Assembly: GCA_051530055.1 (NCBI GenBank)
Contig: CM121343.1
Span: forward strand, 5,550,389 to 5,614,388
Direction: 5' to 3'
DNA length: 64,000 nucleotides
DNA from: Neoechinorhynchus agilis
Taxonomy: Eukaryota > Animalia > Acanthocephala
Shown here: in pieces, positions 13,141 to 25,606 of the stretch
How positions within the stretch are numbered: position 1 is the first letter of the stretch
How the letters are laid out: each line of letters opens with the position of its first letter
Position numbers and translations under genes: made by a program
Notes under the pieces: model-generated
What the model saw: only the letters and a program-made list of their open reading frames with translations
Told to the model about the DNA's origin: nothing
The model's database searches: none

Positions 13141-13375
13141 TATTATTTCGGTGATAATAATCCCGGTAATAGCACAACTGATTTATTGGAAATATTTCGC
13201 GAGGTGACCTCGCCTCATCAGTCATTGCTTGTAAGTTATTAAATATTCGAGTTCGCAGTTCGTGTTCGAATATTTAATAACCTACAAGCAATGACTGATG
13301 AGGCGAGGTCACCTCGCGAAATATTTCCAATAAATCAGATGTGCTATTACCGGGATTATTATCACCAAAATAATA
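13141..13375. repeat. Near-perfect palindrome (110 bp arms, 15 nt loop) with a hammerhead-like core in each arm
   Basis: Arms 13141-13250 and 13266-13375 differ at 3 positions. The + strand core is CTGATGA-G-GCGAGG-TCA-CCTCGC-GAA-ATAT-T at 13295-13325. Confidence 0.92.
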
Positions 13376-13699
13376 TTTCCTTTTCGTCCAATCGCATTGT
13401 TTTTAGAGTGCATCTGAGAAAAACCGTCCTTAGTTTCGTTGCGAATTTTTGATACGATTATAAAACCTTTCTTTTTAAGTTTGTTTTTGTAAAAAAAATC
13501 CCGTCGGCGAGAACACCTTCACATTCGAATAGAATGATTTAACTTAATAGCTTAAAGAAATTTCTGATAGTTTAGGAAAGTAGATAGAGTCAACGGATAT
13601 CCGCGCAGGGGAAAAATAAATCAACTTGTAAATGTTAGAATCCGGTTTCAGACGGCATGGTGCATCGACTTTATTATTGTTAACAACGCTCGAAAAAAC

Positions 13700-14335
13700 C
13701 GTTTTTGTCGTGTTCAATCATCAGTATTGAGCAACATGTTTATAAATTACGTGCAGGGACAAAGTATTCCATTGATGTGGAATTCCCTTCTCTAAAAGGA
13801 TGCAAGCAAGAAGTAATTGATAACAGTTAGGTCGCCTCAGAAGCGCTCTTGGCACAAAGCATTCTTTGTCATCCTTGTTAGAAGACTGTTGGAAGCGTGC
13901 GCAAGATTGGCAATTGTATAGGCTATGAGAATTATTATGACAGTTTTCTACTCCGCATCTTAATATCAACTAACGGTACGAGAACTTAAATCAAAAGCTA
14001 TCATACTCGATCGATTTAAAGGACTGAACAAAGGTTCTAAGGCGGGTATCATTCATTAGAGAAAATGCAGCTATGAAAAATGTTTAATATTTTTATGCTA
14101 CAGCGAGTACATTTATTTTCCTTCAGCACCTATTTTTATATGAAAAGTTAGGAGCATTTTTGCACGCGACCATGGACGGATTTCTATTAGATAAACATCC
14201 AGAGTGGAAGATAATCATCTTTCCGCCGTAAAAGATAAAACCTATGCGAAACATTTTTTGTATCGTTAAGTGTGCTAGCTGTGACCATCGAATACACATT
14301 ATCATAATGGATTTTTTGATCTGATTCGTATTATG
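13700..14335 (-). pseudogene. Decayed pogo/DDE_1-like transposase remnant
   Basis: Frameshifted reading SKNPIMIMC-FDGHS*HT followed by a frameshifted L(Q)PLDV-like motif (CTTCCACTCTGGATGTT). Many stops. Confidence 0.4.
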
Positions 14336-15845
14336 TCCTTGGAAACATTAGATTGACCATCTTCCTAATAGACATTTAGCTAGGATTGTCACCTACATTT
14401 TACTTTTTGGAATTATTGCTTAGATCTATACCCGGTACTAACAAACAAACTGATGATGATGATGATGATGAACCCAACGAGGTTCGCAGAACGTCTTTTT
14501 AATCGAAATAACCATTTACCGTGGGTGTAGACTTCTAACCATAATAATTCCAATCACATCCCCTGGTACCTCCTCCTACATATCGACAGTTTACTTTTTA
14601 TATAAATTTTTCAGTAATAAAAATTATAGGAAATTGACACGCTCTTTTTTATTCCAAACTAATCTAAAGGGAATGTTGTTATTTTCACAGTATTAATCAC
14701 GCTATGAGAAATCAACTCAAATTATTGCCATCAAATGCAATGTTTCTACCTGCATTTTCGACTCTAAGAAGTTTTACTTTCGTCTTTGCTTCAAATGATC
14801 ATTTTAATTGCAATTATTTGCAATGTTCAGTATTTTAAAGTCAAATTACAAATCGCATTTGAAACATTTGGTGACATTTTTTTGATGATATTTCTTTTTA
14901 AACGAACCCTACACAGAATACTACTAATTTTTCTTCATTAATTCGTTTTGTCACGTAGAACTTCCGCTGATGATTATATATTTTCGTTCAAATGAGGAGA
15001 CACCAGCGCCTAAGTCTCTTTTTTAGATTTTTGAGCAAATGACGGTTGAATTTCATTGTCAACCATTTGTGTTATTTAGATAAATAACCCAGAAAATCCA
15101 GATTACTGTTGAGATTTAATTGACATCTATAGAGTACAGCAAACATTCGACACAACAATCACAAGATGTTTGCTTGGAGTTGTGGTGATCACAATCCCGG
15201 ATAAAATATATTTCAGTAAGTTTTATTCGCGAGATTATGATCATCGCCACATCTCCGATTCTACCATCCCGAAGGATTTTACCTAGATGATTAAATTGTT
15301 TAGTGTTTGTTCAAATCGCTACCTATTTCAAGAAGATTTAAAAGGATGTATAAAACCTTAATCTTTTTAAATAATAATAGGGCGCAACTTCATTTTGTCT
15401 TCTTCATTCGATGTTAAAATGAACTAAATTTGTTCACGTTGCAGCCAGACAACAAGAGATTTATGTAAGGAAAATTTGCCGCAGTTTAATCTTTTTATTG
15501 CTCGATCGAGCGAAGTCACAGTGAATGCGCTTGGTTTGCGTTTATATCCTGAGTATCTGAAATGCGCACACCCACGAAGAGAGCAAGAGAAGATCTTGCT
15601 TTTTGACATTCTACGCTGCCTGAACCGACAGTAATCAATGCGTTGGCAGGATCTGAAGTTTGCTACCGTCAACAAAAGTCGCTACAAGATTTTCGACACC
15701 CCCGCAGTAGAATGCCACCAGCAGCGTGCACCCACACATAAGTAAGGAAACCCCGTAGATGTTAGATTAGGGGATAAAAGCATTCATTTTTAACGATTCG
15801 ATTTTAGACTAAGCATTTGAAAATAGATAATAACACTCAAGTCAC

Positions 15846-16759
15846 ATGATCGACGTACTTCAATTGCCTAAACCGGTTATAAATTTTCTGAGAACAATGA
15901 CAAAAGACGACGTGAGTAAATACGCTCAACTCACATGGGATATAGCGGGCGATCACGAACAAGTTAAACTGTCTCTGACATGGACGTTAAGGACATCATC
16001 GGAGACTCTTCAATACAATCAGATTCTCCGTCAAAGTGAACAAGATCCAAATGTGGCTTGTGCAAAGACTCTTCACCTTGAGAGATTTCCAACAAATGCT
16101 GGATTATTTCCAGCGGGACAAAATAGAAAATTTCGAAGTAGAGCGTCACAAACAAACGTATCAGGAATTACTTCAACGAATAATACGGGCATCCAGACAG
16201 AAGATCTAAGACAATCTATATCTATAATGCAAGGAAAGCAGGTGGACAAACTAACCGAAGCGATTTCATCTTCCTATCCCCGTGATTGTGACGGCCTTCG
16301 CCAATCTTCAATGAAATCAAGTCCTTCTCCACATCGTCCAGCCTCGAGTTCAAGGAAGAAAAGATCCAATCAAAAAACATATGAGGATCCGTCCAAGGTA
16401 CATTTACAATCCACTAAAGCGGATCAAGCGAATGAGACTAGTAAGGAATACCTTTGTAGATTTCCTTAAGATTTTCATTGATTATGCTTTAATTTATCGA
16501 TCTTTATTCAACGTAATTTTCGTACCGAAAAAATCATTTAACCCGCTTTTAGTAATATAAAGCGAATGCTACAAAGGTATGAACTATGCGAATTACTTAT
16601 GATCGAGCCAAAGTAGATGACCCATGGGTAAAAGCATCTGCTGCCACTTGTACAAGGGGAACAACGCCTACGGGACAACAACATCCGATGGATAAACACC
16701 ACATTTGTAAAACGGTCCACTTTGATCTTGGATCCGAGCAGGACGACTGGAGACAGTGA
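15846..16759 (+). CDS. Uncharacterised protein; 207-codon ORF plus a probable second exon (~16585-16759)
   Basis: ATG-initiated ORF with an ordered N-terminus (LPKPVINFL..LTWDIAG..VKLSLTW) and a low-complexity Ser/Arg tail. A downstream open frame reads MRITYDRAKVDDPWVK..WRQ*. The junction lies across a 12 bp inverted repeat. Confidence 0.55.
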
Positions 16760-17952
16760 CGCAATCATAAATGCCAAATTGTCAATAGAATTTCTATTTA
16801 AGTACTTTTATTTTAAGGTCCACGTCGTCTATAATGTTCTGTCAATTCTAATAATAAACTCGGTGAATGAAATTTGATTGTGTGGTTTTTAAAAGCATTC
16901 TCATTGTGCAAATTTAAACTATTAATCATTTTCGATTTTTCAATCTTAAAAATTTGCACTAACTAGAACGTATCTTTGATTTCAATTTGGGGTTAATTCC
17001 AATTTATTGATAATTGCAACCTTATTAACCTCCCCGATGACTGATTTGTACGAATTTTCGTCTGCATGCAAACCTCTTCAGGTGTCTAGAATAGTACATG
17101 GTGAGTGTAGCTTGTTGGGCAGAACTCGGGTGCCCGGGGTTGTTAGGCCCGCGGGTGGGGGTGACACCCGATGAGGTTCGAAACGTTTTCCAAAAAAATG
17201 ATTTACCGGGTGAAGACCTAAATAATAATCCTAGTCATATACTTCGGTACCTCACATATCGACATTGTAACTCCAATTCACTCAAAAAACACAACTTGGT
17301 TACACGTCTAAAACCATTTTTCTTACAAACATTAAGCAAAAACTTAATTAATTTCACTAATTTTGCGAAGCGGCTTACTTAATGAATCAACAACCTAGCA
17401 ATACGTGTAAATAAAGTGTTAATTGAAGCTTCTGCACAAAATAACTAACATCCCATATTTTTGATGATTCAAGTTAGTTAAATGTTTGCGCTCAGCTTCA
17501 ATAATTTGGTTACTTATCTTCTCAAGAATAAGACTTGAAAACAACCTAGAATTTAGTATGCAGGCTATTTCGGTCGACGAATTTCCTGGATAAGCATGGC
17601 TGTCTAGGGATGGAACGCAGCCATGGGCACGATATCGACCGGCGGCGAGCTGGGACGTGATTGATGCTAACAGTATAATTAAATTGTAATCAAGAAGGTT
17701 TTACAGTCAACTACACATTTTATTTTGTTTAAGAAGAGGACACTTGTACCTCTGGGTCCTCGTGGTCACTTTGGAGTTGATGACGGATCCGGAGTGGATG
17801 ACGGTCGACGATGACGAGAGAGAGGACGACGACCGTTGCCTCAGTTGCTCTTAGAGACAAAATTTTCATTCCATATAATTCTAAATGGTTAGAAAAAGTG
17901 CACAATGGATATTTACAGAAAATGTGTGATTATTTCGATTCTAAAAACGTAA

Positions 17953-18830
17953 TTGACTGTAAAATGTAACCAAGGTTACGCAACTACAGTAAATCATTAT
18001 ATGATAACTAATATGCCTCATTTTATAGGAGACAAAAACTTTGATCCCGTATACATCTTAAGTCTACATGATTTAAAAACCAATAATGAGACAAGACTTA
18101 CAATTTACGACACTAAACCAGTCCGCAGTCACAATGAAGTTCATAAGAGAGACAAAAATCGTTCACAAATCAAAGAAGGTAAAGTCACGCAAGGAAGCAT
18201 TGATTCGGCTGGCATGCAGACTACTGATTCGGATCTACAATTCAGTGGCACAAAAAGGAAGCTTAATCACGGAAGTGGAACTTTTATAGAAACGTCGACT
18301 TTTTCTTCTTGTTGTTCAGTCACCAGTGATGACGGTGAACCCAAAGATCTAAGTAACTTGTTAAAAAACCGTTTCTTCAACGGAAAGACTGAATTACGCA
18401 TTGATGTGTTTGATGTAACTCAAAACAATAAAGAAGGAGTTGTTGACGGCATTCTTACTAAAGTGAATGATAGAATAGTTTTACTACTATAATAAAACTT
18501 ACGTTTCCATTTTCGATGTTGTTCAAGCATCATCGTTTCAAACAAAATGCTTTCAAAGACATACCCGATTCGTTGTTTCTTCATTTCTAGAAATTATGGA
18601 CCACAATTGCAGGAAGCAATCAAGTGCTACTTAGTAAATTTTCTTTTTTTGCAAATACAGTTGATTCCGTAAATCGGACTACAACGAGACGCGATCTACG
18701 GGTAAGTCCGATTAATTGGATATGGCTTTATTTTACGTTCATGTAGGTACATTTGTTTCGGTTCTTTAGAATTTGGCCCAATTATCCGGATTTGACTGCG
18801 TCTTTGTCCTTTCAATGCGCGTTTCCGATG
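17953..18830 (+). CDS. Uncharacterised multi-exon gene (incompletely resolved)
   Basis: 179-codon ORF followed by short GT-AG introns (GTAAAT..ATACAG, GTAAGT..CATGTAG, next donor GTGAGT) joining KLWTTIAGSNQVLL-IDSVNRTTTRRDLR-VHLFRFFRIWPNYPDL in frame. Confidence 0.4.
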
Positions 18831-19134
18831 TGAGTTCTTTAAAATTCGATTTGCACCATAGAACAGTAGATTCAAGTAGGGAGATCTTTAAAAGTTAGGG
18901 TTTTCATCCGCATAGGTCATCACAAGTGGGCAAAAAGTGTCACTTGTGGTATTAAATCTTTGCTAAATTGCATTTCACGGTTTTTTCAAAATTAGATATA
19001 AATTCTTTTAAATCTATTTAAGAAAAAATACGATTAACCGTTGGTATTAATTTGCGACCGATTTTAATCTAAAAATGGGCGATAATTGAGCTTTCAAATC
19101 AAAATTATAGTTCGTGTTTTAATCGCGATCACTG

Positions 19135-20313
19135 TCAATCATTTTTCTTTACCTCGGCCGGGGTTTCCTTTTGTTCGTGATCGCTATAACCGATAAGATC
19201 CGTCCATTCTCGTCTAACTAAAGCCAGTGCGCAGGTTGGAATAATGCAAAACGGAACAATATACAACAGAGCAGGTTGTGCGGCATTAAAGGAATGCAGA
19301 ATGATCATTGTCAAAATCAGTGACAAAACATAACAAACGAAGCTCAGTCGTGAATATAATCTCTTTCCGTTTAAATGTTCATCTACCCTCATTAGTAAGG
19401 CAATGTATATTCCGGGAACTATGATGTCTCCGAGGCCAATCATCGAATATAAAAACCGATGGATCTTAGGTAATCAGAGAGAAATACCTAACCATCTAGT
19501 CCATCGATTTCTTTACCTAACGTTCTTTGGATGAAGGGAAAATGCATTGGACGTGAATATTTGTTGTGGAGCAATCAATTTAATGGGCGCTTCAAGATTT
19601 TTCGCGACGGATACCATGACGTTTGTTCCAAAGACCCAAAAAATGTCATAGACGAAAAGTCCGAAAAGAAGAAGTACGGCATTTTTGAACGTGTTTAATT
19701 GGACGACCTGAATCGAAGTAATGCTCAATGCGATTCCGATGACGTTATTGGCGATCCAGTGTTTGGTTTTAGCGTAGACACCGGACACCATGGCGCTTAG
19801 AACCATTAATGCGACGTCTCTACAGTCAAACATGAATTCGAAAGTGTCGCCGGGTTCGCCATTATTTAAGATTTCCTTGAAACAAAACTCGTAAGTACGA
19901 TAGGCGAGTGATTCCGGCACATAGGCGATTATTGGTTTGATCAGATTGTAGATTGAGATGCTTCCAATGCCAAAGAAGTAAATTGATGCCACTAGGATAA
20001 TGTATTCTTTCGATAGGACAACAAACATTAAATAGACTGTGACCAAGCTGCCACTTGCTATTAGAGGGAATAAAGCGGCGTCCCGGGTACTTACCACATC
20101 GACACTTTCAGTGCCGCTTTCTTTTTGTTTGTGGTAATGCCGGACCGAGCGCAAAGCACCGAACCAAATGCACGTCAGTGCAAGGAAACCAAGAGTGGAA
20201 AAGGCTGCCAAATCATTGATCAACTGATGCTCGCCCTGCACTCCACCGGATTCCAACGTTGCATTCATCTCAGACGAATTCATATCAATAAACACTCCGT
20301 TTTTAGATCGCAT
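19135..20313 (-). CDS. HM13: Signal peptide peptidase (presenilin-type aspartyl protease A22B); exons 20313-19522 and 19464-19135
   Basis: FGALRSV, RDAALFPLIAS, HWIANN, catalytic YDIFWVFGTNVMVSVAK and GLGDIIVPG, and QPALLY motifs. A 57 nt GT-AG intron restores the frame. Confidence 0.93.
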
Positions 20314-20637
20314 CGGTAAATAAACTTGGCATTAGACACGAAAGAATCATGTAAAACGATTTTACAATGGGATTTCAAGGTTTAGCATATGCATGATTTC
20401 CGGAGTATCGCAGTATGCAATTATTGTTGAAATGTCGCTTAAAACTTCGACCATGAAAGTTAAGCATTTGCTCATCGGAAGTACTTAAATGAATGTGTTT
20501 TTATATGACGGATACCAATAATCTTGATAAAAACACAAAATTGTGCCTCTGAAATATCGAATTTAATAAATTACTTCAATTTTTCTGGCGCCATATAAAA
20601 AGGACATGAACAATTCAATGTTCAAACATTCATGAAA

Positions 20638-21074
20638 TCTCAACGGCGAATTGTTACACATTCGAGCTTTATTATTGAAATCTTTATTGCGAATTTTCAT
20701 GGCCCATTGCTTGTAGGCGAACTTACATTTAAAAAACTTACAAAAAATTCTTCAGAAGGAGGCTGAGGCCTTGAAAATTTGCAATGAAGATTTCAATAAT
20801 AAATATGTGGAAGTGGGGAAAATTATATATCCAAGAATCACTTTAATTGAAATATTTCTTCCGATCATGCTGGACTACTTCAGTCAATTATTGTTTGCAA
20901 GTGTATACGGCGGCAAACAATAATTGACTGAAGAAGTCCAGCGTGATTTGACGAAATATTTCAATTAAAGTGATTCTTGGATATATAATTTTTCCCCACT
21001 TCCACATACTCATGGATTTTATCTTCAACTATTCAACAATAAAGCTCGAGTGGGAGAACAATTCGCCATTGAGA
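20638..21074. mobile_element. Nested inverted-repeat element (outer ~42 bp TIRs, inner ~95 bp-arm palindrome) with three hammerhead-like cores
   Basis: Outer TIRs TCTCAACGGCGAATTGTT../..AACAATTCGCCATTGAGA. Inner arms 20804-20898 and 20913-21008. Core CTGAAGA-A-GTC..GAC-GAA-ATAT-T at 20928, its mirror at ~20850-20885, and a degenerate GGAGGC..GCCTTGAAAATT core at ~20752. Confidence 0.85.
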
Positions 21075-21169
21075 ATACACATCCACTCGAAGGAACAATT
21101 GGATAGAACATTCATGAATGTTCATAACTTCGTTTGCGATATTGCCTAGAACATTTTTTTTCGTTATAA

Positions 21170-21410
21170 TTTTTTTATTTGTATACAATTTATCTATGCA
21201 TTATTTACAACCTCTCCGCTCCTATTCATCGGCGCTGGCCAAAATGCTGGCCGCATTGCCCCGCTGCACCGCAATCCTTATTTTTTGGGCTAGGAACGAA
21301 GTCGATCTTGGCTCTCCAGTCGCCGCGTTTATTCGTTTCCCCAAGTCCTTCAGGAGGGTCAGTTCCGACTCTCCCAAGGTACTTTTCCACACCGAAGGGG
21401 ACAAATGGTA
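21170..21410 (-). mobile_element. CRE-clade non-LTR retrotransposon 3' end
   Basis: LLKDLGKRINAATGEPRSTSFLAQKIRIAVQRGNAASIL, the characteristic C-terminus of CRE-like elements, followed by an A-rich tail. Confidence 0.8.
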
Positions 21411-22554
21411 GTTTCGGATGTTTCCGAAGGTGAAACAACAATCGTCGTAATCTATATTTCCTTTAAATGTAGATGTGATTTTCATTCAAAAATGATATGG
21501 CAATGTTTTTAAATCTTCAATACAATTATTCTGAAGTTCCTCAATGTTCTCATTCAAGAAATTCACATCTAAGTAAAAGTTGACTTTTTCGGTTTCCACT
21601 TGCGACGAACATAAAGGCTCGCATGCAAATTTTATGTATTTCAAATTTCAGTGCATTTTTACCGTTAAAACTTTTTGAAATGCAGTTTTAGTTCCGTTCT
21701 TCATTTGAATAATGTGATCAGTTTTCATTGGCGGTCGCTTTCTTGATACCCATTAGCCTTTCAATTTTAGCCATATAAATATAAGCTTCTAGAAATTATT
21801 ACATTCTTACAAGTCATTTTTGCAACTTATAAAAGTACCGATCCTCCATTGCTTAGATGATGCATCCAGCAGCGGCCAACCATTTTGAAACCTTAGTTAA
21901 AAATTCTGCGGTGCTTTTGTATTCTTAGGTAAAATTGTGACCTTAATTATTATTTTTCTCTAAACATTTCACAACGCCTTATTGTGACTATTTAATTGAT
22001 ACCGGACACTTACTATTTAATCCACGGAATGAATTCGCTTCTAAACATTAAATCCGGTTTAATCAGTTACATTGGTTAAGCGGTTTTAAAATAGTTTTGT
22101 GAAATTGTAGAAAATATTGTCAAAAATTCAAATGTTAAGTGGATCAAACGCATTTTTGCTCAAACGACATTTGACGGGTTGAAGTTTATTACGAGTTATT
22201 CTATGAAATATCTTTAAAGTCATCAATACCCTATGTCACATGGACTACGGACCGAAAATAAGTGGTGTCGATCAATAAAGACAAATTGTAATTTACTTAG
22301 TAAGCATGATAAGAAAGTTCCTAAATTCGCGGTTTCTGAGAAACTTTGAATTTTTCATTTTAGTCTAAAGATAACAAGAGAATCAGAAATTTCTTACAGT
22401 ATCACAACAGCGATGACTTTCAGCGATTGCGATTTTGTTTCTATTAATTTCAGCCAATATCACATAAGCACCAATGTTCCTTAATTTTGTGAACATTATG
22501 GAGCTTTTTTCCTTTAACAAAAAGTATTTATAAACATCCACGCCACCGCCCTTC

Positions 22555-23020
22555 TGGATCACTCAGCTGCCATCCTGGTGTAACGGTCGAAAGGACCGAT
22601 CCAACGTTCCCTCGTTGGGAGGAGGGATGCTCCTGATCGTGGATCGCTAGTGATTCGTCTCAATTTCTTAGACAGCTGATTTACCAGGTCCTGCTCCGCG
22701 GTACCAAACGACCCGAGTGTTTCGACGCTAAAGGGAACAAAATAATGATTTCGACTCAGGTTCCTGTATTTTGTCCTTTTGTGGTCCTCAGCGGCGGTTG
22801 CTGCTGCCCCTGGTTTAATGGTGGCAAATTTGATGTTGTTGGTCGCTAACATTTACCTCCTTTCGCCACGGAAATACTGTAACACCGTCCGGTCCACGGC
22901 CATTGAGTCGGCAAAGATTGCTCGGCTCTAGGATGTTGGGTGCATTCACAGTATTCAGGACACGACACCTCGAGTCTGATTGCCGACAAACGAGACCATG
23001 GCGTCCCGATGGTTCCACTG
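22555..23020 (-). mobile_element. CRE-clade retrotransposon, restriction-like endonuclease region
   Basis: GRHGLVC..LEPSNLCRLNGRGPDGVTVFPW and GAAATAAEDHKRTKY..FVPFSVETLGSFG, with frameshifts. Confidence 0.8.
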
Positions 23021-23614
23021 TCGCTCAAGAATTTCACGGAAGCGAATCAATGGTTAGAGAGCAAGTGATATTTTTGTGATCTACAGTTATCGAATGATGG
23101 ATATGAGGCAACATTGGTGACATCGATATACGACGTAGGTTGGCAGGCTTCATACAGGGAATCTTTATCGTAAAGATTCCACAGGCGCAGAATGCTATTC
23201 AGCGATGATTACCGGTTTGTATAAGAATACCAAGCTAAAGAGTAGTCACAAGTTGCAGAAATTCCGAAGCCTTCATGCTTCTTAATGTGCGTATGGTGAG
23301 TATTGATAAGTAGCTCTTCGAACACCAAGAATATCACTGTGATAAAATCGACATTCCGTTTGTAAGTCGTGTGAAATCGCCGATACGTGCTTTGAGGAAC
23401 AGGAGGAACCCAACTGCTCTTCAGATTTCCGAATAATATTGTTCACATTTACTTTTAATACCTTCAGAATAGCTTTAGAAAAACAATGGTTCCTGCAGCT
23501 AAGTCTATACTAAGGAACACCTTTTTTAAACACCGTAATTAAGGAGTTTAAAAAATAGAAAGCTGAAATAAATTCATACATTATCAGTGGCTCTAAATAT
23601 CCCTTTTTATTTTA

Positions 23615-24466
23615 GCTTCGTGGTCAAAAAGTCTAGGCTGTTAAATTTGTTAAACTTTCATGGCATATATTTGTTAACAGCGTTATTATTTGGGTCGCCT
23701 GTGAACGCCAGAGAGGGATCGTTAAAGAAGAATGTATATTTCAACTGATTGAATCAGTCATTGTCAATTCTATCTAAAAATTGGCACGTATTTGTCAAAA
23801 AAAACACAAACCAAATAATTGTGTTCGTTTTGACTCGCCGGAACCCGGGATCAGCGGAAACCCCGTAGGCTGCCTCCCTGGGTACATTTAGTCCAACTCA
23901 AAGGGTGATTGGAGGGAAACTCTTCCATTGTTCCCTATTCCCTCGTGTTGACCATCTCAATATGCGTATATCGAATCTTTTTTATAAGTCGAGGCCTTGG
24001 AGGATAAAGATGTTCCTCCGTCCCCATTGGAACTTTCATAAATTTTTAAGGTGTTAACAAATTGAGGATTTCAAAATTCGGGTCGTCAGATAGGTCGCTT
24101 GTGAACGCCAGAGAGGGATCGTTAAAGAAGAATGTATATTTCAACTGATTGAATCAGTCATTGTCAATTCTATCTAAAAATTGGCACGTATTTGTCAAAA
24201 ACAAGCAGACTACGGGGTTTCCGTCGATCCTGTGTTCCGGTGAGTCAAAACGAAAACAATTATTTGGTTTGTGTTTTTTTTTTGACAAATACGTGCCAAT
24301 TTTTAGATAGAATTGATAATGACTGATTCAATCGGTTAAAATATACATTCTTCTTTAATGGTCCCTCTCGGGTGTTCACAAGCGACCCAAATAATAATGC
24401 TGTTAAAAAATATATGCCATAAAAGTTTAACAAATTTAACAGCCTAGACGTTTTGACCATGAAGCG
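23615..24466. repeat. Diverged ~260 bp inverted pair with a third partial copy; probable DNA-transposon terminal sequences
   Basis: 23615-23872 is the reverse complement of 24205-24466 with scattered substitutions. 24090-24200 repeats part of the left copy directly. Confidence 0.8.
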
Positions 24467-24690
24467 TTGTTAAAAATTCTGTGATTCTTGGTCCGACGGT
24501 TTCGATATTTTAAAACTTCATCGAATAATTAAATTATACCGGACTTAAAATAATGGTGTAAGTGGACATTTCAAAGTCAAATAGATTTTTGTATTCGACA
24601 ATCCCGAGATCGATACGAATTTTTATTCTGTTTCTAAGGTTCTTTTATAAAGTGCAAAACAAATCTTCGAGTACAAACTACATGATCTTT

Positions 24691-25606
24691 TCATCTAGGT
24701 AAGGCAAAATGTGTAAGTCCACTGATGATGATGTTTATCATAAACGTAAGTCCGGCAAGATAACTCAATATTTGTCCAACTCGATTTATACGTCTCTGGT
24801 CGTATCTTTGTTTTAAGTCCAAGTGAAGAAGATATGTGAGCAGTCCAACGCCAACGACCGAAAGTGCAATCGAAACAGTGATAAATGCAAGCGATATTTC
24901 TGGTATGTAGCTGATTTCAATTTTGGGGTATTTCTGTTCTTTATTCGCAAAGTTACCACGAACATTACCGTTTGAAGCGCCAATAAGCTCCTCCATTGAA
25001 GATTTTGCTGACGCCTTTGTACTAGCCATAATTTTGCCGATTTGCATTCCATTTTGAACAACTACAAGAAGTGTCGCTAGTAAGAAAATCAACATGAACC
25101 GTTTGATGAATTGACTGATATTAATGTATTCTTCATCGAAATACTAAATGGATTGAAATGATAATTAGGAAGACGTTGAAATTGGCATTTACCGTTTTAA
25201 AATCTTGGTTTACATCCATCACCTGTCGATGTTTTAAATCGGACATTCTGAAATACTTCTTAGCTCTCGTTTTTCGTTGTTGTTGTCCAAATGAGCACAT
25301 AACGCCTTTTCGTGACGAAGGTTCATTGACAGAACCGTTGGAATATAGCGGTTTTTCAGCTCCGGAAATCGCAGTGTTTGAATGTCGTTGAGCTTTGGAC
25401 TGAATATCTATTTCATAGGCACGAAATGCAACTGGCAGGTCTGCTCCATTGTTCGTCTCGGCATAATGAATGGGCGGTGCTGAAGGGAGTAAAACATCAT
25501 CTGACGACGATGATCCTTGACTGAATGTTCTACTCAAGCGATTGTTATTGACCGATGTTATCGTTGAGCTGAATTGTCTGTTCATCTTAATAGGATCGAG
25601 GAACAT
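24691..25606 (-). CDS. Divergent ninjurin-like membrane protein; exons 25606-25193 and 25143-24691
   Basis: A 49 nt GT-AG intron (25192-25144) fuses the two ORFs in frame. The C-terminus ITVSIALSVVGVGLLTYLLHLDLKQRYDQRRINRVGQILSYLAGLTFMINIIISG parallels the ninjurin two-TM hairpin as I recall it. Confidence 0.55.

Noticed and set aside
17165-17195. CCGATGAGGTTCGAAACG as another hammerhead
   Set aside because: Core substitution and no stem II.
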